64,000 nt of DNA, from the NCBI GenBank assembly GCA_020351995.1, contig CP070674.1, positions 1,064,467 to 1,128,466 on the forward strand. Reading direction: 5' to 3'. Below, in pieces: positions 1-10,038 of the stretch. A model generated the notes under the pieces. The model searched no databases and was not told the origin of the DNA. It saw only the letters and a program-made list of their open reading frames with translations. Position 1 is the stretch's first letter, and every line of letters begins with the position of its first letter. The position numbers were made by a program, and so were the translations under genes. The DNA comes from Candidatus Zixiibacteriota bacterium (GTDB taxonomy: Bacteria; Zixibacteria; MSB-5A5; GN15; FEB-12).

Positions 1-38
1 ACGGTCGGACAGCAGATGTAGCACCCGACCAAATTTAT

Positions 39-2639
39 GTGACTTCGGCCGGTTCCTCCAGTAATGACTGGCGAACGATTTCGTTCAGCTTCTCGGGCGT
101 GGACACCGGTGTGGTAGTTGAGTATATCGTACAGTTCGAGGAAGGATACGATGACCCCGAGGAGCTCTACTGGTCGATTTACGCGTCGGCCTATGACCCC
201 ATCATGATCAACGAGGCCGAGCTGTACGTTCCCGGGTCCTGGCCGATCGCCGATGAACGCTCGACCGGTATGACTGTCAGCCGGGCCGACAGCGCCGGCT
301 TCTCCATCTACCGGGCGCGCGGTGAACAGCTGGAAGCGATAGTATGGGAAAGCAGTTCACCCTCATCGTGGGAGCAGGCGGAGTGGTGTCGTTTCGGCTA
401 TGGCCAGACCTGGCGCCAGGTGGCCGATTCCTACTGGCGTAAAATTCAACGAAAAATTGAATCATCCAATTACCTCGTCGAACTGGCAACCCGCATCACT
501 TCCGGCCTGTCCACCCGGGAAGAGAAGATCGATGCTTTGTTCCGGTTTGTGGCCGATAGCATACGCTACGTCGCCATAGAATTCGGTGAGGGCTCAACCA
601 TACCGCGACCGGCCTCACAGGTTCTCGAAAACAAGTATGGCGACTGCAAAGATCAGACCGTACTGCTGATATCCCTGTTGAAAGCCATTGGAGTCGAGGC
701 TTACGCTATGCTGGCCACCAGCTATGACACCACTTCGTTTTCACGAGTTGTGGCCAATGATATGCAGTTCAGCCATGTCGTGACCTACCTTCCGACTGAT
801 CCGCCGCGTTTCATGGACCCGACCTGCCAGAGTTGCGATACCTACGGCCTTACTCTCGCCTACATGGGTAAACCCGGTTTGCTCATCGGTACCGACTATG
901 ATGAACCCCTCATCATGACGCCCGCGGCAACCGCTGATGATAACCTGTACCATCGCAAGGTTCGCATGATGCCGCAACCAGCGGGAGGTGTCGTGATTGA
1001 GGTCGATATCGATTTCAACGGACATACCGGCCTCTGGCTGAAGCAGAGCTACAGAGATGCTGATTCGACCGATTTCCGGGAACTGGCGGAAAGCGACAGC
1101 CCGGTAGGTCTGTGGGCCGCGAGCAAACTGAAAGATTATAATATCCGGGATTTCAGTGAGCCGGGGAAGGAATTCGGCTGGACAGCCCGCCTGACTGTTG
1201 ACAGCCTGTTCATGAAGCAACACGATGCTGCCAGGGCCAATATCTGGTTCTACACGCATACCCAGATGATGACCATCCCGGACACGCTGGGTCGCACTCT
1301 AGATTACCAGCTGGGGACGCTTTTCCGTCTGAAAGATGAGTTCATGATTATCCCCGGCGATAGCTGGGAACTGGATAACTACCGTCTGCCGTGGACCATG
1401 GATACCGGTTGGTTCTTCGCCTCGAGCGAGGTTACCGAATGGGATGATTCGATTTCGGTCTCAATTACCTTCGAGATGAAACAAACACGGATCCCGATCG
1501 AGGAACTGGTTGATTTCACGAAGGCAATAGCTTTGGTGCAGCAGCGCGTCGAACGACTGACGCCCTACTATCGGAAACGGGCCGATGCCAACCGCCTGGC
1601 GGCGCTGAAGAAAGCCCTCGAAGATAACCCCGAGGACATCTCTCTGCTCGTGTCCCTGGCCGATCTGTACCTTGGACAGGACGACGGCGGTTATAGCTGC
1701 CTGGGTCTCGATAACCGGGCCAAAGCTCGCGAGTTTTTCGAAAAGGCACTCGACGTCAATCCCAAGAACGAAGCCCTTATCCTTCGGTTAGCATTGTTAC
1801 TGATGGAGGATAACCTGTATAAGGACGCCGATTCCCTCCTTATGGCGTTCTATAACTCGGCCGAAGGAACCGTGTCTCCTTATGTCCTGTTACTGCTCGC
1901 GGGGACCAGGGGTGAGGTTGGCGCTTATGAAGAAGCTGCGGAGATGATTCAGAACTATATGAACATGGCTCCAACCGAGCAGTTGAGAGTGGAGTTGATC
2001 AGACTTCATGCTTTCCTGGGTAACACCGAGGAAGCCGAAAGGCAAATTCAACTGATGGAAACCCTCAGTTCCGATTCCACGTTGATGATGAGTGCCAAGT
2101 TCCAGTTCTACTATGAAACTGGTCAGATTGACAAAGCGCACGAAATCGTGGAAAACTGGCCGGATACCAGCCGCCTGCAACGGTCGGAGCTGTCCAGTCT
2201 GCTTTACCATGAAACGGAGAACTGGGAAGAAGCTCTCAAAGACGCTGATGAGCTCCTGGCCGATAGTCCCGATCACCCGGCATTTCTGAATAACGCTGCC
2301 TGGTACCGGGCCCTGTTGGCCACCGATCTGGATCGGGCGCTTGAGTTGGTCAGTCGATCCGTAGGGCTCAGCGGAAGTTGCCGACCCAGCTCGCTCAACA
2401 CCCGCGGACTGGTTTACATGAAGATGGGTGAATACGACAAAGCCAAAGCGGATTTCAAAGCTGCTCTTGCAGATCAGTCGGCCAACTCACTTACCGTCAA
2501 TTACTATTTCCTTGGTGAGTGCGCTTTAGTGGACAACGATAAGGATACCGCCAGAGACTACTTTAACCGGGCGATAGAATTGGCGGGCAGCCGCTGGGGC
2601 GTGGCCAAAGCAAAAGAACGCCTCGCCGAACTGAACTGA
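39..2639 (+). CDS. Transglutaminase-like protein with C-terminal TPR repeats (possibly 5'-truncated by window edge)
   Basis: 866-aa ORF. Its frame stays open to the left edge with no upstream in-frame stop. Transglutaminase-core-like Cys motif YGDCKDQTVLL. The C-terminal ~350 aa have TPR-like periodicity (KALDVNPKN, YMKMGEYDKAKADFKAAL). Confidence 0.7.
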   Translation: MTSAGSSSNDWRTISFSFSGVDTGVVVEYIVQFEEGYDDPEELYWSIYASAYDPIMINEAELYVPGSWPIADERSTGMTVSRADSAGFSIYRARGEQLEAIVWESSSPSSWEQAEWCRFGYGQTWRQVADSYWRKIQRKIESSNYLVELATRITSGLSTREEKIDALFRFVADSIRYVAIEFGEGSTIPRPASQVLENKYGDCKDQTVLLISLLKAIGVEAYAMLATSYDTTSFSRVVANDMQFSHVVTYLPTDPPRFMDPTCQSCDTYGLTLAYMGKPGLLIGTDYDEPLIMTPAATADDNLYHRKVRMMPQPAGGVVIEVDIDFNGHTGLWLKQSYRDADSTDFRELAESDSPVGLWAASKLKDYNIRDFSEPGKEFGWTARLTVDSLFMKQHDAARANIWFYTHTQMMTIPDTLGRTLDYQLGTLFRLKDEFMIIPGDSWELDNYRLPWTMDTGWFFASSEVTEWDDSISVSITFEMKQTRIPIEELVDFTKAIALVQQRVERLTPYYRKRADANRLAALKKALEDNPEDISLLVSLADLYLGQDDGGYSCLGLDNRAKAREFFEKALDVNPKNEALILRLALLLMEDNLYKDADSLLMAFYNSAEGTVSPYVLLLLAGTRGEVGAYEEAAEMIQNYMNMAPTEQLRVELIRLHAFLGNTEEAERQIQLMETLSSDSTLMMSAKFQFYYETGQIDKAHEIVENWPDTSRLQRSELSSLLYHETENWEEALKDADELLADSPDHPAFLNNAAWYRALLATDLDRALELVSRSVGLSGSCRPSSLNTRGLVYMKMGEYDKAKADFKAALADQSANSLTVNYYFLGECALVDNDKDTARDYFNRAIELAGSRWGVAKAKERLAELN

Positions 2640-2668
2640 CGCTAACGGGACATTCATGATAATAAAAA

Positions 2669-2696
2669 GCAGGCATCTGACTATTCAGATGCCTGC
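2669..2696. terminator. Bidirectional rho-independent terminator between convergent genes
   Basis: Perfect 12-bp stem GCAGGCATCTGA / TCAGATGCCTGC with a 4-nt loop. An A-run lies upstream and T-rich sequence downstream. It sits between the TGase-like gene (+) and ackA (-). Confidence 0.75.
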
Positions 2697-2717
2697 CTTA
2701 TGTTCATTCATCGATCG

Positions 2718-3938
2718 CTACGCTTTAGCTGCGGCCTGAGCAATTCGTTGGGTGTCGCGGGCAATCACCAGTTCTTCGTTGGTCGGTATCACCAGTGTGC
2801 GGACGGTGGCATCATCTGTCGAAATGTCCATCTCCTTGCCGACAACCTGGTTATTCTTCGTCTTGTCGAGCTTAATACCCAGAAATTCCAGGTTCTCGCA
2901 ACTGAGCCAGCGAACATCCGGAGAATTCTCACCTACGCCGGCGGTGAAAACCAGGCCGTCCAAACCGCCCATTACCCCGGCGTAGGAAGCGATGTATTTC
3001 TTCAGGCGGTAGCAGTAAGCGTTCAGAGCAAGCTTGGCGTTGGAGTGTTTCTCATGAGCCGATTCGATGATCTCGCGCATATCCGATGATACACCGGATA
3101 TTCCCGCCAGCCCGGAGTGCTTGTTCAACAGCGTATTGGCCTCGTGCAACGTTAGCTCTTCGCGGGCCATGATGTGCAGAATAATGGCCGGATCAAGATC
3201 CCCTGACCGGGTTCCCATCAGGAGACCCTCGAGTGGAGTAAAGCCCATCGAGGTATCGATAGAAACACCTCTGTCGATTGCGGCGACGGAGGCACCGTTG
3301 CCAAGGTGACATGTGATCAGTCTCAGTTCCGATAGAGGCTTACCCAGCATCTGTTCCGCCCGCTCACTGACATATTTGTGCGACGTACCATGGAAACCGT
3401 ATCGCCGGATACCATACCTCTTGTACATGACATAGGGGAGACCATAAATATAGGCATGGGCGGGTATCTTGTGGTGAAAGGCCGTGTCGAACACGGCCAC
3501 CATCGGGACGCCCGGAAGTGTCTTTAAGCAGGCGTTGATTCCGCGAATATTGTGCGGGTTGTGCAAAGGTGCCAGTTCGATCAGATTGCGAAGCTCGGAC
3601 ATCAACTCGGGAGTGATAAGTACTGAGTCTGAGAACTTCTCTCCGCCGTGTACCACCCGGTGGCCGATTGCTTCGATCTCGGAGCGTTCCTTGATGACAC
3701 CGTGATTTTCGGAAAGCAGGATGGAAACCACATACTCGATCGCCACGATATGATCGAGAATCTCACCGGAGACTTTTATCTCCGGCCGGTCGTGAGGCTT
3801 ATGGGTGAGAACCGAGCCCGTCATTCCGATACGCGAGACCGTGCCCTTGGCCAGGGCCGCTTCCGTCTCGGTATCTATGAGCTGATATTTTACCGATGAT
3901 GACCCACAGTTTATTACAAGAATCTTCATTTTTGTCAC
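2718..3938 (-). CDS. ackA: Acetate kinase
   Basis: 406 aa. N-terminus MKILVINCGSSSVKYQL is typical of acetate/propionate kinases. Overlaps the hbd stop by 4 nt, suggesting an operon. Confidence 0.93.
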   Translation of the reverse strand: MTKMKILVINCGSSSVKYQLIDTETEAALAKGTVSRIGMTGSVLTHKPHDRPEIKVSGEILDHIVAIEYVVSILLSENHGVIKERSEIEAIGHRVVHGGEKFSDSVLITPELMSELRNLIELAPLHNPHNIRGINACLKTLPGVPMVAVFDTAFHHKIPAHAYIYGLPYVMYKRYGIRRYGFHGTSHKYVSERAEQMLGKPLSELRLITCHLGNGASVAAIDRGVSIDTSMGFTPLEGLLMGTRSGDLDPAIILHIMAREELTLHEANTLLNKHSGLAGISGVSSDMREIIESAHEKHSNAKLALNAYCYRLKKYIASYAGVMGGLDGLVFTAGVGENSPDVRWLSCENLEFLGIKLDKTKNNQVVGKEMDISTDDATVRTLVIPTNEELVIARDTQRIAQAAAKA

Positions 3939-4843
3939 TCCGTTTTGCTCATACCGGTCACCATACTGCTACCGTTGATTTTGTTGCCGTCTTCGTCATA
4001 TTCAAAAAATCCGCTCCCGGTTTTCGCGCCGAGATGCCCGGCCCGAACCAGCTTGCGAAGAAGCGGACATGGATTATACTTGTGCTCAGATAGTTCACCC
4101 AGAAGGTTTTCCATCCACGACATGACCACATCGAGCCCCATCATATCGGCCAGCGTAAGCGGCCCGACATTGAAGCCGAATCCAAGTTTCATGGCGTTAT
4201 CGATATCCTCCGCCGAGGCCACGCCCTCCATCAGCACATGCATCGCTTCGTTGAGCAGCGGAACGATGATACGGGTGGTAACATAACCGGGATACTCATG
4301 AACCGTGATCCACTTCTTGTCCAGCAACTCGGCGAAATTGACCGCTTTCTGAAATGTGGCCTCGTCGGTTCGGAGTCCCTTCACGATCTCTACCAGCGGA
4401 ATTTTTGTGACCGGGTTTAAAAAGTGCATCCCGATTATTTTCTGGGGACGTTCCGTGGTAGCGCCGATCTCCGAGATTGACAGTGTTCCCGTGTTCGTGA
4501 TCATGACCGCGTCCGGGTTACATATTTTGTCCAGTTTCTCAAATAGAGCCCGTTTAAGCTCGAGATCCTCTGGAATAGCTTCGAGAACCAGTTCCGCGTC
4601 TTCAGATTCGGACAAATCGGAAGAAGGGTGGATCCGCGACAGGATAGCCTTCTTGTCGGATTTCGTTAATCCCCATTTTTCGATTTCGCGGTCGATCGAT
4701 TCAGATATACCTCTGAGGCCGCGTTCGGCGAGCTTGGTAGTTTTGTCTATGAGAGTCACTTCGGTTCCGGCGGTGGCGATGGCCTCGGCCAATCCCTGGC
4801 CCATCACGCCGGCCCCAATAATCACAATTGAAGTACGCGCCAT
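3935..4843 (-). CDS. hbd: 3-hydroxybutyryl-CoA / 3-hydroxyacyl-CoA dehydrogenase
   Basis: 302 aa. Rossmann motif IVIIGAGVMGQGLA, central GMHFLNPV and C-terminal GAKTGSGFFEY are typical of the family. Confidence 0.88.
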   Translation of the reverse strand: MARTSIVIIGAGVMGQGLAEAIATAGTEVTLIDKTTKLAERGLRGISESIDREIEKWGLTKSDKKAILSRIHPSSDLSESEDAELVLEAIPEDLELKRALFEKLDKICNPDAVMITNTGTLSISEIGATTERPQKIIGMHFLNPVTKIPLVEIVKGLRTDEATFQKAVNFAELLDKKWITVHEYPGYVTTRIIVPLLNEAMHVLMEGVASAEDIDNAMKLGFGFNVGPLTLADMMGLDVVMSWMENLLGELSEHKYNPCPLLRKLVRAGHLGAKTGSGFFEYDEDGNKINGSSMVTGMSKTE

Positions 4844-4874
4844 ATTTGTATCCTTTGTCTCAGTTCAATATGCT

Positions 4875-4892
4875 TTGTGAATTTAGTAACAA
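4875..4892. promoter_or_regulatory. Rex-like operator candidate overlapping the hbd-ackA promoter -10
   Basis: TTGTGAATTTAGTAACAA matches TTGTGAA-N4-TTCACAA at 16/18 positions. On the minus strand it overlaps a putative TTGACT-16-TAAATT promoter (plus coordinates 4880-4907). Confidence 0.35.
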
Positions 4893-5155
4893 ATTCATCA
4901 CAGTCAAGTCATTTTGTATCAATTACTCCATTGCTCTAATATATAGTAATAGCAAAAGCTTAGCAAGGTTCCCAAAAGAATGATAATAACTCTGACAGTA
5001 AGGATTTCGGCCAATTTCTATATATATTGAGCACAAAAATCTATTGTTTATAACCCCGGATCGTGCCTCGTTGCGGCCCCCTCGGTGGATTCGTGAGGTG
5101 CGTAACTGTCGATTTTGCCTGCGCTTCCGGGGCTGAGTCGGTGGGCCTTTCAATC

Positions 5156-5184
5156 TTGACACCATTAGCTCAAACCGATATATT
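5156..5184 (+). promoter_or_regulatory. Sigma70-type promoter of the PPIase gene
   Basis: TTGACA (5156-5161), 17-nt spacer, TATATT (5179-5184), about 45 nt upstream of the ATG at 5230. Confidence 0.6.
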
Positions 5185-5229
5185 CGGCCAAAATCTTAAA
5201 CCACAAAAGACTAAAAGGGAAATAACTGG

Positions 5230-5931
5230 ATGAAAAAAATTCTCTTTATTTTTGGACTTGCCCTTTTGCTGGTATTTGCTATAGGCTGCTCCAAGGAAGA
5301 CGAGTCGGCTGAGACTGGTGATGACACCGAAATGGCCCAGACCGGCCCGATGACCAGAGAGGACAGTCTGGCAGCCATTCGCTATCCCGTCCGTGACGAA
5401 AACAACAAGTTTGTCACCATGGTAACCGATTACGGCAACATGACCTTTGAGCTTTATCGCGACGTCGCCCCGGCCCATGCTGATTCTTTTGTGGCCAGGA
5501 CACAAGAGGGCTTTTACGACAACACGACCTTCTTCCGGATTATCGATGACTTTATGATTCAGGGCGGCGACCCTACTGGAACCGGTAAGGGGAAAGTAAG
5601 TTACTATTTGAGGGCCGAGCTAAGTGAGCTACCGCATCAGGAGGGTACCCTCGCTATGGCGCGCTCGAGTGACCTGAATTCCGCGTCGACTCAGTTCTAT
5701 ATTTGCCTTGCCCGCAACGCGCTGACCTCGTCGCTTGACGGGAGCTACACTATTTTCGGCCACTTGATCGAGGGTTACGATGCGCTTGACAAGATTGGTT
5801 CGGTTGAAGTTGTGCCGAATCCGAAACGGGTAAATCGGCAGACCGGGGAAGCGGAACCGTCCATGCCGGTTGACACCGTTTATCTGCGGACTGTCTATGT
5901 TTCGGACGCGGAAGGCGAAGAAATTCTGTAG
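5230..5931 (+). CDS. Cyclophilin-type peptidyl-prolyl cis-trans isomerase, lipoprotein
   Basis: 233 aa. Lipobox LVFAIGC. Cyclophilin motifs FFRIIDDFMIQGGDPTGTG and STQFYI. Confidence 0.88.
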   Translation: MKKILFIFGLALLLVFAIGCSKEDESAETGDDTEMAQTGPMTREDSLAAIRYPVRDENNKFVTMVTDYGNMTFELYRDVAPAHADSFVARTQEGFYDNTTFFRIIDDFMIQGGDPTGTGKGKVSYYLRAELSELPHQEGTLAMARSSDLNSASTQFYICLARNALTSSLDGSYTIFGHLIEGYDALDKIGSVEVVPNPKRVNRQTGEAEPSMPVDTVYLRTVYVSDAEGEEIL

Positions 5932-6044
5932 GTTCGGACAAGTTGGATATCTAGTAAACTGGCGGGATAAGGTCAATCCCGCCTTTTGCTTTGTTGGATC
6001 GCCTACAATGGAACAGTCACTCCAGACCTTCGTTATAATGCAAT

Positions 6045-7214
6045 ATGGTGCCTAAGAATCTTGTTATACTCGGTTCGACCGGTTCGATAGGACGTTCCTG
6101 TCTTGAGGTAATAGCCGACCGTCCCGGTCGCTTCGCTGTCCGGGCGCTGGCGGCTCATTCTAATGCCGAGCTTCTGGCCGAGCAGTATCGAGCGCTCCGG
6201 CCGCCGTACCTGTGTCTTGTCGATGATTCGCGGGTTGGGGAACTGCGGCAACTACTAAAGGGCGAACCGGTCGAAATCGTCAGCGGCGAAGACGAACTGG
6301 TTCGACTGGCCACGCTGGATGCGGTCGACATGGTGGTTAACGCTGTAGTGGGCGCGGCAGGCCTCAGAGCATCGCTGGAAACGGTGAGGATGGGGCGGAT
6401 GCTTGCTCTGGCCAACAAAGAGTCTCTTGTGTGTGGCGGACCGCTGTTTCCTCCTCTGATCCAGGAAACTGGGGCTAGGATTCTCCCCATCGACTCTGAG
6501 CATTCGGCGATCTGGCAACTGTTGGCCTGCGGCCGTGAATCTGAACTCAAGCGAATTGTGATAACCGCTTCTGGCGGTCCGTTCAGAGACCTGCCGACAG
6601 AAAAGTTCTCCGAGATAACCGTAAAGCAGGCTCTGGAGCACCCCACCTGGAAGATGGGACCAAAAATTACAATCGATTCAGCGACCCTGGTTAACAAGGG
6701 ACTTGAGGTCATCGAAGCAGTGGTTCTCTTTTCTGTGCCTGCCGATAAGATATCCGTCGTTATTCATCCCCAGTCGGTGATTCATTCAATGGTGGAATTC
6801 ATTGACTCTTCGGTGGTGGCCCAGCTATCGATGCCGGACATGAAACTTCCCATCGTGCACGCTTTGTTCTGGCCCGAAAGAGTCAGGTCGGATTACGGGG
6901 CGGTGGATTTTGAGCGGCTGCCGACGATGACGTTTGATAAGCCGGATTTGAACCGGTTCCGGGCTTTGAGAATAGCTTATGAAGTAGCCGCCCGTGGCGG
7001 TACCGCTCCGGCCATCTATAATGCCGCCAATGAGGTAGCTGTAAAAGCTTTTCTGGAGTCAGGAATCAAATTTCCGGAGATAACTGATATAATCGAGAAC
7101 TCCGTCGATAAGTTAAATGTTGTATCTTCGCCGGGCCTTGATGATATTCTTGAGGCTGATCGAAAAGCCCGCGAAACCGCACGAGAATTGATGGGGAAAC
7201 TAAGATGTTGTTAA
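6045..7214 (+). CDS. dxr: 1-deoxy-D-xylulose 5-phosphate reductoisomerase
   Basis: 389 aa. N-terminal LGSTGSIG NADPH-binding motif, then LANKESLV and DSEHSAI. Confidence 0.93.
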   Translation: MVPKNLVILGSTGSIGRSCLEVIADRPGRFAVRALAAHSNAELLAEQYRALRPPYLCLVDDSRVGELRQLLKGEPVEIVSGEDELVRLATLDAVDMVVNAVVGAAGLRASLETVRMGRMLALANKESLVCGGPLFPPLIQETGARILPIDSEHSAIWQLLACGRESELKRIVITASGGPFRDLPTEKFSEITVKQALEHPTWKMGPKITIDSATLVNKGLEVIEAVVLFSVPADKISVVIHPQSVIHSMVEFIDSSVVAQLSMPDMKLPIVHALFWPERVRSDYGAVDFERLPTMTFDKPDLNRFRALRIAYEVAARGGTAPAIYNAANEVAVKAFLESGIKFPEITDIIENSVDKLNVVSSPGLDDILEADRKARETARELMGKLRCC

Positions 7215-8275
7215 CAGCTGTCACCTTCATTTTCGTACTTGGCATCCTGATTTTCATCCACGAGCTGGGCCATTTCCTCTTGGCCAAGCGGGTGGGTATA
7301 AAGGTGGAGCGTTTCTCGCTCGGTTTTCCGCCCGATATCATCTCGCGGAAATACGGTGATACCACCTACTCCATCGGCATGATCCCCCTTGGTGGTTACG
7401 TCAAGATGGCCGCCGAACATCCCCACGAAGAAGCTACCGGCGCTCCTGATGAGTTCATGTCCAGAACCGTTGGCGAGCGGGCGGCGGTTATTTTCGCCGG
7501 CCCCTTTATGAATTATGTCCTGTCAATTGTCCTGCTGATAGGTATTTTTCTCTTCGCCGGTCGGGCTGTCTTTGATGAAAGCCGAATAGTCGTGGGAGAG
7601 GTAAACGACGGTAGCCCCGCTCAGATGGCCGATCTTCGTGTCGACGACGTGATTATCGCCGTCAACGGGGAGTATGTGACCCGGTTCGATTCTCTCCGAT
7701 CCCGGATCAACGCGGTTGTCAACAGCGAATTGGATCTAACCTGGCTGCGCGGGCAGGATACCATCATGGCGACCTTGACCACCGCAGCCCAGGAAGTTCC
7801 TAATCTCGATGGCCGGTACGACACGGTGGGAATCATTGGCATTAGCGAGAAAGTCATAGGCTACGAGAGCTACTCGATTGGTGAATCTATTTCTCAGGGT
7901 TTTGTTACGGCTCACGTCATAGTCTGGGAAACGGTAAAATTCATTAAGAAACTGGTTACCGGCGAGGTTTCGGCAAAGCTCATCGGCGGTCCGATCTTTA
8001 TCGCGCAGCAATCCGGCAAAGAGGTCCGGAAAGGTGCCGCCAATCTGTTCTTCTTTATGGCCCTGCTTTCGGTAAACCTCGCGGTTCTCAATGTGCTTCC
8101 CATACCGATTCTCGACGGTGGGCACCTGGTCTTTCTTTTCATGGAAAAAATCAAGGGATCACCGGTCTCGGTGCGGGCCCGGGTGGTGGCGCAGCAGATC
8201 GGCCTGTTCCTGCTGTTGGGTTTGATTCTGGTGGTCACTTATAACGACATTCTCCGGTGGATAAGAGGACTGTAG
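7205..8275 (+). CDS. rseP: RIP site-2 zinc metalloprotease RseP
   Basis: 356 aa. HELGHF zinc motif in TM1, a PDZ-like middle region and a C-terminal NVLPIPILDGG motif. Overlaps dxr by 10 nt, the conserved dxr-rseP order. Confidence 0.9.
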   Translation: MLLTAVTFIFVLGILIFIHELGHFLLAKRVGIKVERFSLGFPPDIISRKYGDTTYSIGMIPLGGYVKMAAEHPHEEATGAPDEFMSRTVGERAAVIFAGPFMNYVLSIVLLIGIFLFAGRAVFDESRIVVGEVNDGSPAQMADLRVDDVIIAVNGEYVTRFDSLRSRINAVVNSELDLTWLRGQDTIMATLTTAAQEVPNLDGRYDTVGIIGISEKVIGYESYSIGESISQGFVTAHVIVWETVKFIKKLVTGEVSAKLIGGPIFIAQQSGKEVRKGAANLFFFMALLSVNLAVLNVLPIPILDGGHLVFLFMEKIKGSPVSVRARVVAQQIGLFLLLGLILVVTYNDILRWIRGL

Positions 8276-8379
8276 TTGGGCGGGAAGTTTGAGCCGGTAT
8301 GATTATGAATCATTTACCCCGAATTTCAGTATAATAGACTGTAGGAAGAATTGTTAATTCGAATGGAGCGCAACAGGCA

Positions 8380-9105
8380 ATGAGTAAACCATCGGCCGCT
8401 GATACCCTGTGGGACAATTTCAAACAAATATTTATCGCCGTTATTCTGGCCATTGTAATCAAAACATCGATAGTTGAAGCCTACAAGATACCTTCCCAAT
8501 CAATGGAGGACACTCTCCTGGTTGGCGATTTTCTCCTGGCCAACAAGTTTGTTTACGGGGCGCGCCTGCCCTTGGTTAACTGGCGCCTGCCCGCCCTCGG
8601 CGAACCGGAACCGGGTGACATTGTGATATTTATTTTTCCTCGTGACGGTGAAACCAAGTATATCAAGCGCTGTGTAGCCGGTCCCGGTGATACGGTTCTG
8701 GTGAAAAACAAAATACTGTCTGTAAACGGTGTCGAGTTCGAAATGCCGGAACACGGTAAATTCAATGATACCACTGTCTCCGGCGAACCGATTATTCAGC
8801 CGCGGATGAGTGGTGGCCTTGACAGCCGTGACAACTTCGGCCCCTTCGTCGTTCCCGACCGATGTTATTTCATGATGGGGGATAATCGCGATAACTCGTA
8901 CGACTCGCGTTTCTGGGGCGTGGTGCCCTTCGACCTGATCCTGGGGGAGGCGATTCTGGTTCACTGGTCCTGGGATGACTCCATCTACCCTTCACCCAAT
9001 GTATCAGTGACAGATCCGCTATCGGTTCCGAGGATGTTTATATATAACGCAGTTCACTTTTTCGAGAAGGTGCGGTGGGGTAGACTATTCAACCTCATCT
9101 CCTGA
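8380..9105 (+). CDS. lepB: Signal peptidase I
   Basis: 241 aa. Catalytic-Ser box SQSMEDTL, KRCVAGPGD and GDNRDNSYDSRFWG. Confidence 0.92.
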   Translation: MSKPSAADTLWDNFKQIFIAVILAIVIKTSIVEAYKIPSQSMEDTLLVGDFLLANKFVYGARLPLVNWRLPALGEPEPGDIVIFIFPRDGETKYIKRCVAGPGDTVLVKNKILSVNGVEFEMPEHGKFNDTTVSGEPIIQPRMSGGLDSRDNFGPFVVPDRCYFMMGDNRDNSYDSRFWGVVPFDLILGEAILVHWSWDDSIYPSPNVSVTDPLSVPRMFIYNAVHFFEKVRWGRLFNLIS

Positions 9106-9193
9106 GTTTTGGCCCGGCTGGCAGTGGCTTCAGCCTATTTCGAATCAGCCGATAAATCATTTATAGCATAGAAAAATAACGTTCGGAGAATAG

Positions 9194-9925
9194 ATGAAAC
9201 AGATTTCAAAGCCGCCCTTCACAATTGCCGGGATCGTGCTTGCCTTTATGGTAATAACCGGCTCAGCACTGGGCGGACCCGCTATCAAGCTCGTCGAGTC
9301 TGGCTTTGACTTTGGAAAGACCATTCAGCATGTGAAGGTCACCCACGATTTCTGGATCAAGTCAATTGGAGATCAACCGCTCGTGATCACAAAAGTCGTC
9401 CCCGGATGCGGGTGTACCGAGATCCCGCTAAGGGACTCTGTATTGGCCCCGGGTGACAGCACGGTTCTGTCGATTACCTTCTCGACCAAGTCTTTCGCCC
9501 GTAAGATAACCAAAAGACCATATCTTCTGACCAACATATCGGACCAGCGGGTACAGCTGGTGATAAAGGCCGAGGTGGTAATTGAACCGGAGCAGATGGC
9601 GCCTCTCAAAATCACCCCCTTCGAAATAGATGTTTCTGCATCCGGGAGAGCGGAGCATCGCCATGCCGTTTTTCTAATCGAGAATCAAGGGGACCAGGAT
9701 GTGCGGCTGAAGGTGATTGACGAGCCGGAAGAACTCGTTGAAACTACCTTACCCGCTGTCGTAAAGTCGGGTGAGACAGCCGAAGGAATCGTGGTCGTGA
9801 AGAAGGAAGCTGCCGGGATGGAATTCGAAAAGTCGGTTACGATTGAGTTGAATGATGCCAACCATACCCGGTACAGTCTCCCGGTCAGCCGGCTTAACCC
9901 CTCGTCCGCCGGGGGAGGAAAATAA
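9194..9925 (+). CDS. DUF1573-domain secreted protein
   Basis: 243 aa with a signal peptide. Shows the pattern typical of DUF1573: F.F....G......F...N.G..PL.I..V...CGCT. Confidence 0.7.
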   Translation: MKQISKPPFTIAGIVLAFMVITGSALGGPAIKLVESGFDFGKTIQHVKVTHDFWIKSIGDQPLVITKVVPGCGCTEIPLRDSVLAPGDSTVLSITFSTKSFARKITKRPYLLTNISDQRVQLVIKAEVVIEPEQMAPLKITPFEIDVSASGRAEHRHAVFLIENQGDQDVRLKVIDEPEELVETTLPAVVKSGETAEGIVVVKKEAAGMEFEKSVTIELNDANHTRYSLPVSRLNPSSAGGGK

Positions 9926-9965
9926 GCTCGGTTGTTTCCGGTCACGTCCCTGACTTGAAATTCTA

Positions 9966-10009
9966 TCAGCCATGACATCTCGAAAGAGGAGCGTGGCTGA
10001 TTTTCTTTT
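9966..10009 (+). terminator. Rho-independent terminator candidate
   Basis: Stem TCAGCCA / TGGCTGA with a 21-nt loop, followed by TTTTCTTTT. Confidence 0.5.
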
Positions 10010-10038
10010 AACTTGATTTATCCCTTCATTTTCCGTAA

